Source: Candidatus Poribacteria bacterium
GTDB taxonomy: Bacteria; Poribacteria; WGA-4E; PCPOR2b
NCBI GenBank assembly: GCA_965198175.1
Contig: OZ240245.1
Location: 2,304,001-2,368,000 of the forward strand
DNA: 64,000 nucleotides
Direction: 5' to 3'
Part shown: piece after piece, positions 39,496 to 51,069 of the stretch
Layout of the letters: every line of letters starts with the position of its first letter
Position numbering within the stretch: position 1 is the first letter of the stretch
Translations under genes and position numbers: made by a program
The notes under the pieces: model-generated
The model's input: only the letters and a program-made list of their open reading frames with translations
Told to the model about the DNA's origin: nothing
The model's database searches: none

Positions 39496-42400
39496 CTATG
39501 CCAGTTCGTTAAGCAGAACATTTGCTGCCTTGAGATCTGCAGTGTCAAAACCCTCCTTGAACCAACCGTAAATCTCAACAAGCAGCGTTCTGGCTTCCAC
39601 CTTTTTGCCTTGCTTCTGCCACAGGCGGCTCAAACTTACTGCTGCCCGCAATTCTAGAGACTTCGCGCACTGTCGTTGGGCGATCTCAATGGCTCGACGA
39701 AAACACACCTCGACATCAACTTTTGCTTCGGCTTCGCTTCGCAGCAACAATAGTTCGCCCTTGATCCGATATAACTCGGCTTCAAAGAACCGATCGCCGC
39801 GCCTTTCCACTGCCTCTAACGCGTCAGTTAGCACAGAAAGCCCCTCGTCTAGCTTTTCAACTTTCACATACGATTCAGCCAGCAGGGCCAGAAAGTAGGG
39901 GCGCAATATCTCCGCACCGGTTGTACGCCAGTCTGTCAGCCCTTGCTGCATCTGCGCAATTCCCGTGTCTTCCATCCCTTGTTCGGTCAGCGCCCAACCC
40001 TCACCAATCGCTCCAGCCGATGCCCAGAGCGTAAATCCTTGTTCGGTGGAAATCGCTTTCACCGCCTCTGCCTGTTCCTGGGCAGCTCCCACTTCCCGTC
40101 GACACTGATGAACCATCCCAGCGAAGTACAACGCAACCGACTTGCTGAACGGGTGATCGACCGCCTTGGCAAGAGCTAATACGTCATGAATTCTTCTCAG
40201 GGCTTGGTCAGGATAGCCGAGAAACCACAACACCGCAGCAGAATACGATAGACAGGTCATCCGGGCATCCGCTAAATAATGAAAAAAAGTGCGAGAGTGG
40301 TGCTGCTGCGAATCATAAAGTGCGATCCCGTGCTCCAAGCGTTCTTGAGAAGCAACGAAGTTTCCAAGATAGCACAAAGTAGCCCCCAACGCCCGATGTG
40401 CTTCTAGAAGCAAAGCCCGGTCTTTTGCATGCTCAGCCAAATTAAGCAGTTGCTCTCCTAGCTCGCGTGCCGTCTCCAGCTCCGCCCTCACCAAATGAGC
40501 CAACCACAGTCCGAACAGCACCGGAAAGAGTTGAGGGGTCTCGCCCAACTCCTGACAAAGCTCACGTGCCCGGGTGTAGGCGTCTACCACTTCTGAAGCC
40601 GCATACCCTCTAGTAGCTATTAACGCCGGGCCGAGAGTTGTTTGCAAGACGAGTTCATGCTTGGATTTCCCATGGCTATCCGGGAGATTATTGAGTAGCT
40701 CTAGTCCTCTGGTAGCGTGGCGAATTGCTTCCACATTGGCTGAACGTTCAATGGCTCTCTGACCGGCTCGCTGCCAATAGACCAGCGCGTCATTGTTAAG
40801 ACCCGCCTCAGTGTAATGATGGGCTAATACTCCGGGCTGAGTTTCGGCAAACTCCGGAAATTGCTCCGCCAAAACCTCCGCAATTTGCCGATGGTATTGC
40901 CCTCTTGTGCTCTTGAGCAGCGAATGATAGGCTGCCTCCCGGATAAGGGGGTGCCTGAAGACATACGTTGTCCCACTCGAGTGGTTGAGGTGCTGGAGAC
41001 CGAGGAGTTCAGCGTCCACTAACCGAGACAATTCTCTTCGCAGTGTCACTTCATCAAGTAATGAGACGGCCTGGAGCACATCATATGAAAACTGGCTTCC
41101 CAGCGCAGCCCCTAGTTGCGCTACCTCTTTGGCTGAGCCTAGCTGATCTAGGCGGGCAGTCAGCGAATCTTGCAGCGTCGTAGGAATCGCCAGCGATAGT
41201 AGCGGTTGCGTTAATTCGTAGCCTCCTTCTCGTTCCCGAAGCAGTCCCGACTCCAGAACCATCTTAGTCAATTCTTCCACAAACAGAGGCACCCCATCTG
41301 TCTTTGTAACAATCTGTCTCATCACCTCGGACGGCAGCAACTTACCTTTTGTGATGTGGTCAACCATGGTCGCCACCTGTTTTCGGGTTAAGCGGTTTAA
41401 TGTAATCGGTGTCACATGCGAGCGAGTAAGCCATGACGGACTAAAATCTGAACGAAATGTCAGCAAGGTAAGGATATTGGGTGTTGAACCTCGATCTACG
41501 ACGAGGTTGAGGAGTTCTAGCGTGGAAGGGTCAGCCCAGTGCAGGTCTTCCACAATCAACAATACAGGGTGCTGTTTTGTCCGCCCTAGGAAAATCTCGA
41601 GTAGGGCTTCAAGCGTTTTTTGCCGCTGTCGTTGGGGAGTGAGCTTCAGAGACGGGTAGCGGTCCTGAGAGAGCGGTATGGAAAGGAAAGAAGCGAACAG
41701 GGTCCCATATCCTTCAACGGAAAAACCTGAAGACGTTAGAAAATCCTCTAGTTTGGACAACTTTTTATCGGAAGAGTCTTCCCGCTCAAACCCCAACACT
41801 ACACGCTGGAGCATGTCAATAATTGGGTAAAGGGCGCTATTCTGATGGTACGGTGAACAGCGGCATTCGATTATGGGTGAAACCTCGCCCCACGAATCTG
41901 AAAAGACTCTTGAGTTTTTCTTCGCAAACGTTCCTCTCCTAACGTGCTCTTTCAGCATCTGCACCATGCGCGATTTCCCGATTCCCGGTTCTCCACTGAG
42001 CAACACGACCTGTCCCGTTCCTTCGACACTTTGCTCCCAGCGTTCCAGCAATAGCCCGACAACCTGGTCTCTGCCCACCAGCGGAGTCAGTCCGGCAGTT
42101 GCAGCTACATCAAGTCGGCTGCGAGCTTTGCTCGCAAGAACTTGATGCACCCGAATGGGATAGGATATTCCTTTGAGCGTTCGATCGCCCAACGCACGAC
42201 AGTCGAAAAATCCCACAATCAGTTTATGGGTTGCCGCGCTAATCACCACAGTATTCGGTTCGGCAAGTGCCTGTATGCGGGCGGCGATATTTGGGGTTTC
42301 ACCCACAATGGCCATCAATTCTAGTTGGCCCCCTTCACCCATGTCTCCTGCCACCACCAACCCTGTGTGAATCCCGACACGCACTTCCAACCGAAGCTCA

Positions 42401-42843
42401 TTTTCCTGTTGTAGGCGCGCATTCAGCCTCTTCATTCCCTCAACAATCCCCAATCCGGCGCGTATTGCACGCTGGGCGTTGTCCTCGTGAGCATGGGGAT
42501 AACCAAAGTAGACCAAAAGCCCATCCCCGAAATATCGAGCGATATGTCCTTCAAAGCGGCGGATGGCTTTCGCACACACCGCTTGATAATCGCTCAGAAC
42601 ATCGCGTAGCTCTTCAGGGTCGAGTCTCTCAGAGAGTGAGGTTGAGCCTACCAGATCACAGAACATTACTGTCAACTGTCGGCGGTCCGCTTCAGGTATA
42701 TCACGCAGACTAGATACAGGTCTGACAGATGTTACTCCGGTTGACGCCGGCAGCGTGTGTGTATTCAGTTTCGCCCCACAATTCATGCAGAATAAGGCTT
42801 CCTCTGGGTTGTCATGCCGGCAAGTTTGACATCGCATTCGCAA
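39496..42843 (-). CDS. Zinc ribbon-class III adenylate/guanylate cyclase-STAND ATPase-TPR protein
   Basis: CxxC...CxxC; RRQLTVMFCDLVGST, GDG, GETPNIAAR; Walker A GEPGIGKS; EDLHWAD; GVPLFVEE; C-terminal SLELRAA...EGFDTADL. Confidence 0.93.
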   Translation of the reverse strand: MRMRCQTCRHDNPEEALFCMNCGAKLNTHTLPASTGVTSVRPVSSLRDIPEADRRQLTVMFCDLVGSTSLSERLDPEELRDVLSDYQAVCAKAIRRFEGHIARYFGDGLLVYFGYPHAHEDNAQRAIRAGLGIVEGMKRLNARLQQENELRLEVRVGIHTGLVVAGDMGEGGQLELMAIVGETPNIAARIQALAEPNTVVISAATHKLIVGFFDCRALGDRTLKGISYPIRVHQVLASKARSRLDVAATAGLTPLVGRDQVVGLLLERWEQSVEGTGQVVLLSGEPGIGKSRMVQMLKEHVRRGTFAKKNSRVFSDSWGEVSPIIECRCSPYHQNSALYPIIDMLQRVVLGFEREDSSDKKLSKLEDFLTSSGFSVEGYGTLFASFLSIPLSQDRYPSLKLTPQRQRQKTLEALLEIFLGRTKQHPVLLIVEDLHWADPSTLELLNLVVDRGSTPNILTLLTFRSDFSPSWLTRSHVTPITLNRLTRKQVATMVDHITKGKLLPSEVMRQIVTKTDGVPLFVEELTKMVLESGLLREREGGYELTQPLLSLAIPTTLQDSLTARLDQLGSAKEVAQLGAALGSQFSYDVLQAVSLLDEVTLRRELSRLVDAELLGLQHLNHSSGTTYVFRHPLIREAAYHSLLKSTRGQYHRQIAEVLAEQFPEFAETQPGVLAHHYTEAGLNNDALVYWQRAGQRAIERSANVEAIRHATRGLELLNNLPDSHGKSKHELVLQTTLGPALIATRGYAASEVVDAYTRARELCQELGETPQLFPVLFGLWLAHLVRAELETARELGEQLLNLAEHAKDRALLLEAHRALGATLCYLGNFVASQERLEHGIALYDSQQHHSRTFFHYLADARMTCLSYSAAVLWFLGYPDQALRRIHDVLALAKAVDHPFSKSVALYFAGMVHQCRREVGAAQEQAEAVKAISTEQGFTLWASAGAIGEGWALTEQGMEDTGIAQMQQGLTDWRTTGAEILRPYFLALLAESYVKVEKLDEGLSVLTDALEAVERRGDRFFEAELYRIKGELLLLRSEAEAKVDVEVCFRRAIEIAQRQCAKSLELRAAVSLSRLWQKQGKKVEARTLLVEIYGWFKEGFDTADLKAANVLLNELA

Positions 42844-42894
42844 AACTCCTATGTGAGTATGATCCGAACATTAAATACTGCGGTGAACCCGTCT

Positions 42895-44313
42895 TTACCA
42901 CCACCCGAGTATCTTCCACCAGATCATACCGACACTCAACCAGATAGCCAGATGAAAGAGTGACACCAAAAATCCGACGGCGAACCATTTATGCTGGGAT
43001 ACATAACCCAGTCCAAAATAGATGATTAGAGGACCGGTGGAATAATTCGTTAAACATCCACATAAGTTAGAGAAATAGGCAAGTATCGCAACGGTTAGCA
43101 TCGCGGGCGCACCAACCCCCAAAGCTACCGCAAAAAAGGCGGCGACCATAGCAGCAATATGCGCGGTCAACATAGAAAAAAAGTACATCGAATAAAAGTA
43201 AATTAGTGCGAGGCTGATAATGACAGTTATACCAGTTAAGTCGTTTACCAAGAACTGCATCTTGTTAGCGAACCAATTGATGAATCCATGCGTCTTGAGA
43301 CTGTTCGCCATTGTCAACAGGCCGCCGAGCCATATCAGCGTATCCCATGCCTTGTCATTCCCCGTGATGTCCTCCCACTTCTCAGTTCGGGTTAGCAGTA
43401 ACAGACACACTCCTATCCACGCCACCAGCGTTGTGCTCATACCGTGTAAGGCTTTTGTAGCCCACATCCCTATGAGTATGATGAAGACCGCACCCATTAC
43501 TTTCTCGCCCGATGTCCAAGGTCCCATCTTCCGAAGTTCGTCTTGTGCTTTTTCTTGAGCGACATGTGTGTCCTTCAGCGTGGGTTTTGCGAGGAAATAA
43601 ATTAGTAGTGGGAGCAAACTCAAGCCGATGAGTCCTGGAACGATTGCGCCGAGTGCCCACGTTCCCCAACCGAAGTCGATGTCAAGCACATCGCTTGCGG
43701 CTTTCTTGACCAGAGGATTTGCAGCCATTCCGGTCAGGAACATCGCCGCCGCAATTAAATTGGCATGGGCGCCGACCAGCGTCAAATACTCCCCAGCTCG
43801 CTTGGGTTCTCTATCTGGACGGGAGTCCAGCGCCTCCGCTAAGGAACGCATAATCGGCGCCAAAACTCCTCCACCTCGAGCGGTGTTAGAGGGTATCACC
43901 GGTCCCAGCAGCACTTCCGCGCCACACAGAGAATAGCCCAGTCCCAAGATCGATTTTCCAAGCCAACTAACGAGGGTCAGAGCCAATCGGCGACCGAATC
44001 CAGTGTGCACGACGCCACCGGCAATCAGAAACGCGGCGACGACTAACCAAACTGTGCTGTCTGCGTATCCGGCAAGTGCTTCGGAAATCGTAAGGGTCTT
44101 ACTCACCAATAGTGCAACCAATCCAAACAAGACCATAGGTCCGCTCGGATAAGGCCGTAAGATGAAACTGACAATCACAGTGATAAACACTGAAAAGATT
44201 TGCCAGCCTTTGGGTTCTAATCCCTGCGGAACTGGAACCGTCCACAGTGTAAGTAGTAAGAGAACACAGACACCAAGTCTAAGAATACTACGCTTCTGCG
44301 TGTTTTCTGCCAT
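42895..44313 (-). CDS. DASS family dicarboxylate/anion transporter (CitT-like)
   Basis: PSNTARGGG, MFLTGMAAN, WDTLIW, multiple TM helices. Confidence 0.92.
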   Translation of the reverse strand: MAENTQKRSILRLGVCVLLLLTLWTVPVPQGLEPKGWQIFSVFITVIVSFILRPYPSGPMVLFGLVALLVSKTLTISEALAGYADSTVWLVVAAFLIAGGVVHTGFGRRLALTLVSWLGKSILGLGYSLCGAEVLLGPVIPSNTARGGGVLAPIMRSLAEALDSRPDREPKRAGEYLTLVGAHANLIAAAMFLTGMAANPLVKKAASDVLDIDFGWGTWALGAIVPGLIGLSLLPLLIYFLAKPTLKDTHVAQEKAQDELRKMGPWTSGEKVMGAVFIILIGMWATKALHGMSTTLVAWIGVCLLLLTRTEKWEDITGNDKAWDTLIWLGGLLTMANSLKTHGFINWFANKMQFLVNDLTGITVIISLALIYFYSMYFFSMLTAHIAAMVAAFFAVALGVGAPAMLTVAILAYFSNLCGCLTNYSTGPLIIYFGLGYVSQHKWFAVGFLVSLFHLAIWLSVGMIWWKILGWW

Positions 44314-44366
44314 AGACTAATTCCTCTAACTCTGAAGTTGAGATGCAGCGTCAAAAAACTTTTTCG

Positions 44367-45545
44367 TTACAGACATTCAAAAACTCCTGCTGCCCCCATT
44401 CCGCCACCGACACACATCGTCACCATGCCATAACGTGCATCTCGGCGTCGCATTTCGTTTATCAGCGTTACTGTTAGTTTCGCACCAGTACAACCGAGGG
44501 GATGCCCCAAAGCAATGGCACTTCCATTGACGTTGACCTTTTCAACTGGAAGATTGAGCTCGCCAATCACAGCAAGCGCCTGTGCCGCAAACGCCTCGTT
44601 CAGTTCAATAAGGTCAATGTTGTCGAGGGTAAGTCCAGTGCGTTTCAAAGCTTTTGGAATAGCGGCAACCGGCCCAATTCCCATGATTTCCGGCGGGACG
44701 CCACCGGTTGCAAAGCCGACAAATCGCGCCATCGGTTCGCAGTCAAGTTCCATCGCTTTCTCCGCAGACATAATAACGACCGCCGCTGCGCCATCGCTCA
44801 TCTGAGATGAATTTCCAGCAGTGACGGTGCCGTCTGTCCGAAAGACAGGCTTGAGTTTTGCCAGTGCCAAAATCGAAGTGTCTCGCCGCGCTCCTTCATC
44901 AAGATCAAATACAGATGTCTTCGCCTTTGGCCGACCATTTTCACTAAAATGTGTCTCCGTCACGGTGACAGGTACGATTTCATCCTTGAACCTGCCTGAT
45001 TCGATTGCATCAATCGCCTTCTGATGGCTACGCAACGAAAACGCATCCTGGGCTTCGCGGGAGACATGGTACTTACGCACTAGATTTTCGGCAGTCAACC
45101 CCATGCTCAGATAGACATCGGGATAATGCTCAACGAGGAATGGGTTCGGTGCAGATGTTGTGTCGTATGAAACGAAACTCATGCTTTCCGTTCCACCCGC
45201 CACAATCACGTCTGCAGAGCCGCACATAATGCGTTCTGCCCCGATGGCGATTGTCTGCAAACCCGACGCACAAAAACGGTTCACGGTCATCGCAGAAACA
45301 GAAGTCGGCAATCCTGCGCATACGCTGGCGATTCGTGCTACATTCATCCCCTGTGGTCCCTCAGGCATCGCGCAACCGATAATTACGTCGTCAATCTCCT
45401 CCGGATCGAGGTTCGGCACACGATTGATGGCGCCTTTGATGGCGGATGCGGCGAGATCGTCCGGGCGGGTGTTTTTCAGCGAACCTCGTTTTGCTTTTCC
45501 AACGGCTGTCCGTGCCCCTGATACAATCACTGCGGTTTTCATCAT
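44367..45545 (-). CDS. fadA: Acetyl-CoA C-acyltransferase (thiolase)
   Basis: NRFCASG, NEAFA, GHPLG, CVGGG. Confidence 0.95.
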   Translation of the reverse strand: MMKTAVIVSGARTAVGKAKRGSLKNTRPDDLAASAIKGAINRVPNLDPEEIDDVIIGCAMPEGPQGMNVARIASVCAGLPTSVSAMTVNRFCASGLQTIAIGAERIMCGSADVIVAGGTESMSFVSYDTTSAPNPFLVEHYPDVYLSMGLTAENLVRKYHVSREAQDAFSLRSHQKAIDAIESGRFKDEIVPVTVTETHFSENGRPKAKTSVFDLDEGARRDTSILALAKLKPVFRTDGTVTAGNSSQMSDGAAAVVIMSAEKAMELDCEPMARFVGFATGGVPPEIMGIGPVAAIPKALKRTGLTLDNIDLIELNEAFAAQALAVIGELNLPVEKVNVNGSAIALGHPLGCTGAKLTVTLINEMRRRDARYGMVTMCVGGGMGAAGVFECL

Positions 45546-45725
45546 ACGCTCCTAACGGTTCATTTCGCAATTGAGGTTGTGGAGATATTTGAAATATGGT
45601 AGGTAATAATCAAAGTTATCACAACCGGCATTTTCATCATGTAACCTCAGATACGATACCAGTCTGCTGCTAAACTATCGTAAACAACCTCAGAAATATT
45701 GTAGAATTCTCAGATCTCCTACGTC

Positions 45726-48179
45726 TCAGTTCCGCAGCGATTTCCCTGTCTTGAGGGTATGCTCAATCCGATTCTGTGTCTTCTCTTCACCGCAAAGGCT
45801 AAGAAACGCATCCCGCTCAAGGTCGAGAATATACGACTCAGATACATACTGCGGCGCGGAAAGTTCACTGCCGCAGAGAACATAGGCGAGCTTATTCAGA
45901 ACAAAGGCGTCATACTCGCTGATATATTCAGCGCAACGCATGTGATGTATCTCTAGCTTGAGCTGTGCGAGCCCGGCTCTACCGGTTACGAACACCTCTC
46001 TCGACTGCGGTTGCTGATAGCCGCCTGCGGCGACGGAAAGTACCATCTGTTTTGCATTGTAAAGGTGATGCCTCCGGTTGATCGAAATGTAGTCTGTGTT
46101 ACGAAGATACCCCAGTTGTCTCGCGTGTAAGCCACTCTCGGACACCTTTGAGCGAGTGATTGTCTCAAAAGGGCGCTTGACATAGGGAAATGCCTCCTTA
46201 TTCACATCATGCGACACGTTTTCTAGCGAGCGGAGGATCATCTCTTTTGTACCGCCCGCACCTGGGATGAGTCCAACACGAACCTCGACCAAACCTATAT
46301 AAGTTTCAGCGGCTGCACAAACCGCATCCGCACTGAGTGCAATCTCACAGCCGCCTCCGAACGTCATACCCGATGGGGCGGAAACGACCGGTTTCGGCGA
46401 ATACCGCAGCGACATATTTGCCATCTGGAAGGATTGAATGATTTCGTCGATCGCGTCCCACTCTTTGTTCCGCGCCTTTTCAAGAATCAAGACGAGATTG
46501 AGCCCCACCGAGAAGTTGTCACTGTGGTTACCGATGATGAGTCCGATATAATCCCGTTCCACTTTGTCAATGGCTTCGAGCATCATCTCGATCGTGGGAG
46601 TATTGATGATGTTCATCTTGCTATGGAACTCAAGGCAAGCTACGCCATCTCCAATATCAACGAAGCTTGCGTCAGGATTGGATTGCACAACTTTATCGTT
46701 CGTTTTGAGGTCGGAGAGAACGATAACCTCTGGGAGGGTATCAATTGTGTGATAGCTATTTGACCCGAGGTCGAAGTAGGCAATTTTGGTGTGCGTTTCC
46801 CCTGCTTTCCCTGTGCTGTAAAATGAGGTATTTCCCGAATCAAGTAAATTTGCGACAAGAGGCGGGATAGAATTGCCATCGGATAGCATTCGTTCAACGG
46901 ATTCCGGCACCCCTATTGCATCCCACATTTCAAAGATGCCAAGCTCCCAATTGAATCCCCATTTCATGGCATTGTCGACGCTCGCCAAATCATCGGCGAT
47001 TTCAGGGATGCATGTTGCCGCGTAGTTCATAATGTTGCTGACGCTTTTCCACATAAACCGCCCTTCACGATCGCCGTTGTATACAAGGTCCTTGATTCGT
47101 GCCCCCGTATCTCTAATACGCTTCGCTGTATTGAGCGAATTGAATTGGATACTTGCACGCGGTACATATTCAAGCGTGTTATAGTCGAGCGTCCAGATTT
47201 CAGTGCCTTTTTCACCGGAGCACCTTTGATAAAACCCCTGCCCTGTTTTATCACCAAGCCAGTTTCTCTCGACCATCTGCAAAATGAAATCAGGCATGCG
47301 GAAAGTCGCACGCCGTTCATCGTCGGGCGCGGCTTCGTAAAGGTTCTTTGCCATATCTACGAGAATATCAACCCCAATGAGATCGCCCAGCCGGAAGGTG
47401 GCGCTTCGTGGGCGTCCCATCAGTGGTCCTGTGATCGCATCAATCTCATCAATCGCGTACTCCTCTTCGAGCATCAGATGGATAGTGTGCATCATCGCAA
47501 AAGTTCCAATCCGGTTGGCGATGAAGTTGGGCGTATCTTTACAATGCACGACCCCTTTACCGAGAATCCGCTCTCCGAAATCGGAGATGAATTCAACCAG
47601 ATTCGTTCGAGTGTCATCCGTTGGAATAATCTCAAGCAGGTGCATATAGCGGGGCGGATTGAAGAAATGTGTGCCTAGGAAGCATTCCTGATAGTTGCCT
47701 GAACGCCCTTCAGAGATGGCACGGATGGAGATTCCCGATGTGTTAGAACTTACAAGTGTGTCATGACTGCGATGCCGATCGATTAATCCGTGAACCTGTC
47801 TTTTGACATCAAGATCCTCGGTGACTGCTTCGATGATCCAGTCCGCTTCAGTTAGCCAGTCGGCACGATCGCTCAGGTTTCCTGCCCGAATTAGTCGCGC
47901 TGAGTCGCGAATATAGAACGGCGAACGGATTTTCGCGTTTTTCATCCGATCCAGAGCGGATTCCGCGATTCGATTCCGCTCAACAGCGCTATCGCGACTC
48001 ATGTTATTCCCGTATTCTTCGCTGGCTAGTTCGGTGGGCACAATATCCAGCAAATCGCACGGAATACCGACGTTGGCGATATGAGCGGCAATCTGCGCTC
48101 CCATTGTACCGGCGCCCACAACTGCAACTCTTTTGATTTTGCGATATTTGCGATATAATTCTTCCTGCATACTATTCAC
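45726..48179 (-). CDS. fadN: 3-hydroxyacyl-CoA dehydrogenase/enoyl-CoA hydratase (FadN-type)
   Basis: GAGTMG, SNTSG, HFFNPPRYM, NFIANR; C-terminal crotonase domain GGGCE, GLVE. Confidence 0.9.
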   Translation of the reverse strand: MNSMQEELYRKYRKIKRVAVVGAGTMGAQIAAHIANVGIPCDLLDIVPTELASEEYGNNMSRDSAVERNRIAESALDRMKNAKIRSPFYIRDSARLIRAGNLSDRADWLTEADWIIEAVTEDLDVKRQVHGLIDRHRSHDTLVSSNTSGISIRAISEGRSGNYQECFLGTHFFNPPRYMHLLEIIPTDDTRTNLVEFISDFGERILGKGVVHCKDTPNFIANRIGTFAMMHTIHLMLEEEYAIDEIDAITGPLMGRPRSATFRLGDLIGVDILVDMAKNLYEAAPDDERRATFRMPDFILQMVERNWLGDKTGQGFYQRCSGEKGTEIWTLDYNTLEYVPRASIQFNSLNTAKRIRDTGARIKDLVYNGDREGRFMWKSVSNIMNYAATCIPEIADDLASVDNAMKWGFNWELGIFEMWDAIGVPESVERMLSDGNSIPPLVANLLDSGNTSFYSTGKAGETHTKIAYFDLGSNSYHTIDTLPEVIVLSDLKTNDKVVQSNPDASFVDIGDGVACLEFHSKMNIINTPTIEMMLEAIDKVERDYIGLIIGNHSDNFSVGLNLVLILEKARNKEWDAIDEIIQSFQMANMSLRYSPKPVVSAPSGMTFGGGCEIALSADAVCAAAETYIGLVEVRVGLIPGAGGTKEMILRSLENVSHDVNKEAFPYVKRPFETITRSKVSESGLHARQLGYLRNTDYISINRRHHLYNAKQMVLSVAAGGYQQPQSREVFVTGRAGLAQLKLEIHHMRCAEYISEYDAFVLNKLAYVLCGSELSAPQYVSESYILDLERDAFLSLCGEEKTQNRIEHTLKTGKSLRN

Positions 48180-48181
48180 CT

Positions 48182-49726
48182 TTACCTTACTTCCCCATTA
48201 CCTTCTCTACTGAAGCGGGTGAGGACATCGCCAATCTTATCTTGCAAAGAACGGCGTATTTTGGCAGAGCCTTTGTAATTACTCATTAAAATAGCAAAAG
48301 CTAAAATTTCGCCATCTACAGTCATAGTATAGCCAGCGAGTGTCGAGATACCTCTCATTGTACCCGTTTTCGCCCGTAGAATCCCTTCTGCTTCTATGGC
48401 TTTCATCCGTCGTTTTAACGTCCCATCAACGCCTGCAATGGGCAAAGATGCAAGATATTCGGGCATCAGCGCAAAATCGCGAAACATGTAGGTTAGCAGA
48501 CTCGTCAAGGTCGAAGCCGTAACTAAATTGTATCGGGAAACGCCCGACCCATCCGCAAAAGTGTAACGCGAGCTATCCAACCCAATTTCGCTTAGAAATT
48601 CGTTAATCGTTAGTATCCCCTTTCGCGCTGTACCGGGAGCGCCTTTCAACTCCGCGCCAATCGTTTTTAGGAGAAGTTCCGCAGTTAAATTATCGCTCGA
48701 TTTGTTCATCTCCCAGAGAATGCGAGATAGCGGCATTGATACATGATTGGCTATTTCCATCGCCCCATCGGGCACTTCGCCATGACGTATCTCCCCCTGA
48801 AGTATGATGCCTTTCTGGGCAAGCATCTCATTCAATAAGGTTCCGCAATAAAGCGCAGGATCGACCACATCCACCCGTCGACTTACTTCAGCTTGACCGA
48901 TTTCCATCGAGCCACGGATGGTCAGCACATTCGCCTCCACGGGCTTCCACTGTCGTTTTATGTTCAACGTCGTCGCTTCTGAGGCGGCGGCGGTTGTCGC
49001 CTCATTGATAATTTTCATATACCGCGTCGGTGGTTCAAGATTCACATGAACTGAATCACCAACATTACGACTAGGCGACACACGGAGGTGAACACCGTTG
49101 TGATTGATGGTTAGCGCGCTCAGATGTGAGTAATATCCGCCTAAAGGCCCATCGTCCCACATCCATCCTTTACCCCGCCGGACATCGTCGAAATGGGTTT
49201 CATCTACAATAATATCGCCTCCGACAGATTTGACGCCCAACGCAACCAGTTTTTCTATCATCTTCTCTAGGTCGTCACTCCCAAATCTTGGGTCGCCTCT
49301 ACCCTTGAGGTAGAGATTTCCTGTGACACGACCATCCTCAACGCCATCCACATAAAATGCAGTATGGAAACGATAGTTTGGGCTTAGTTTGACAAGCGCT
49401 GTTGCAGCGGTAATCAGTTTCATTGTTGAAGCCGGATGATACAATTTATCGGCATCTTTCTCATACATCACTTCTCCGTTTGACAGCGAAACCACTTCTA
49501 GTCCGACATTTGAAGCGGCTAGCAGCCGGTCGCCCAGTATCGTTCCAATTTCACCTCGCAATAACTGAACGGTTTGTGATTGCGGTTCGATCGGTGTTGG
49601 CGAGGAAATCGTCCCACAACTGTTCAGAACAGTCAAACAGAATAAAAAAAATAGCCATGGACAGAATCTACCAACACTCGATAGATTTTGATAGATGCCA
49701 CGCATTATCCAGATTTTGTTCGACAT
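48182..49726 (-). CDS. dacB: D-Ala-D-Ala carboxypeptidase/endopeptidase PBP4 (S13), lipoprotein
   Basis: PASTMK (SxxK), SDN, DGSG, KTG; lipobox LNSC; start moved to ATG 49726. Confidence 0.92.
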   Translation of the reverse strand: MSNKIWIMRGIYQNLSSVGRFCPWLFFLFCLTVLNSCGTISSPTPIEPQSQTVQLLRGEIGTILGDRLLAASNVGLEVVSLSNGEVMYEKDADKLYHPASTMKLITAATALVKLSPNYRFHTAFYVDGVEDGRVTGNLYLKGRGDPRFGSDDLEKMIEKLVALGVKSVGGDIIVDETHFDDVRRGKGWMWDDGPLGGYYSHLSALTINHNGVHLRVSPSRNVGDSVHVNLEPPTRYMKIINEATTAAASEATTLNIKRQWKPVEANVLTIRGSMEIGQAEVSRRVDVVDPALYCGTLLNEMLAQKGIILQGEIRHGEVPDGAMEIANHVSMPLSRILWEMNKSSDNLTAELLLKTIGAELKGAPGTARKGILTINEFLSEIGLDSSRYTFADGSGVSRYNLVTASTLTSLLTYMFRDFALMPEYLASLPIAGVDGTLKRRMKAIEAEGILRAKTGTMRGISTLAGYTMTVDGEILAFAILMSNYKGSAKIRRSLQDKIGDVLTRFSREGNGEVR

Positions 49727-49960
49727 GCCAATCGTCCGTTCTTGTAGATGAATTCGACGAAGGATTTTCTCACATAAGCGGCATGAAGTCAAGATCTTTT
49801 TCAGCAGAGACAGTCCGTATTTTAACTGCGCGGCAATATATGTTACAATAGAACAAACACTATTCAGGTCATCCGCACAAGCCCTATTTTCGATGGGATT
49901 GAGACTTTTGACTCCCAAAGCGGCATAAGTCGAACTATACCATTAAGGAGAAAACCACAT

Positions 49961-51022
49961 ATGGCGAAACCATTAAACGTTGGCATCATTGGCGTCGGAG
50001 GCATCGCCCGTACCCATATCCCGGGCTGGAACGCCTCGCCGCACGCTGAATTGGTTGCTGGCTGTGATATTAGAGAAGATATCGTTAAGCAGTGGGGAGA
50101 AACAAACCGCATCAATAAACTCGAGACCGACCCAACAGACCTCTTCAACGATGCGGATATTGATATCATTGATGTCTGCACACCGAACATGTATCATGCA
50201 CCGCTGGCAATTGCTGCGCTCGAAGCGGGTAAGCACGTCATCTGCGAAAAACCGTTGGCGCCGATTCCACAGGACATCTGCAATATGATTGCAGCCCGTG
50301 ACAAGTCCGGAAAGATGCTCATGACGGCGCAGCATTTCCGTTTTCAACCTAACTCTAAAGCCATGAAAGCCGAAATTGATAGAGGTGTGCTCGGTGAAGT
50401 ATACCACGCACGTAGTTGGATGCTACGCCGCAACGGGTTTTCACCGGGACCAGGATTTGTCCTCAAGAAAAACAGCGGTGGTGGACCGTGCATTGACATA
50501 GGCGTTCACATCTTAGATTTAACCCTCTGGTTCATGGGGAATCCGCAGCCGGTCGCGGTGACGGGGGTTGCACGAGCAGAGTTAGCGCATCGGACGGGTG
50601 CGTTCTGCGCATGGGGCGGCGAAATACCGAAGGAATTCGATGTCGAAGATTTTGCGGCGGCATTTGTCCGATTTGAGAACGGCGCCACCCTCATCTTGGA
50701 GGTGAGTTGGCTGCTCCATCACGATATTCGCGGTGAGGACATGCAGATGTGGCTCTACGGAACGACCGCGGGCGCACATTGGCCCAAATGCGAGTTCCTT
50801 GAGAGCAATTCTGAGACGAAGCAGCACTACAATCGAACCCTACAACTTTTCCCGAACCTCATGGAGCCGCACGCTCAGGAATGCGTCGAGTTTGCTCAGG
50901 CAATCGTCAATGACGCGCCCTCGCCCGTGCCCCCCGAACAATCGCTGCAAGTGATCCGTATTCTGGACGGTATTTACCGAAGCCAAGAACAGGGCGGGGA
51001 AATTCGAGTCGATGGGACGTAA
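49961..51022 (+). CDS. Gfo/Idh/MocA family oxidoreductase
   Basis: GIIGVG, CEKP, GGGPCIDIGVH. Confidence 0.93.
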   Translation: MAKPLNVGIIGVGGIARTHIPGWNASPHAELVAGCDIREDIVKQWGETNRINKLETDPTDLFNDADIDIIDVCTPNMYHAPLAIAALEAGKHVICEKPLAPIPQDICNMIAARDKSGKMLMTAQHFRFQPNSKAMKAEIDRGVLGEVYHARSWMLRRNGFSPGPGFVLKKNSGGGPCIDIGVHILDLTLWFMGNPQPVAVTGVARAELAHRTGAFCAWGGEIPKEFDVEDFAAAFVRFENGATLILEVSWLLHHDIRGEDMQMWLYGTTAGAHWPKCEFLESNSETKQHYNRTLQLFPNLMEPHAQECVEFAQAIVNDAPSPVPPEQSLQVIRILDGIYRSQEQGGEIRVDGT

Positions 51023-51069
51023 TGCGATTTGCGTCATACTGTTCTACGATTCCCCGCATCCTCTTATCG

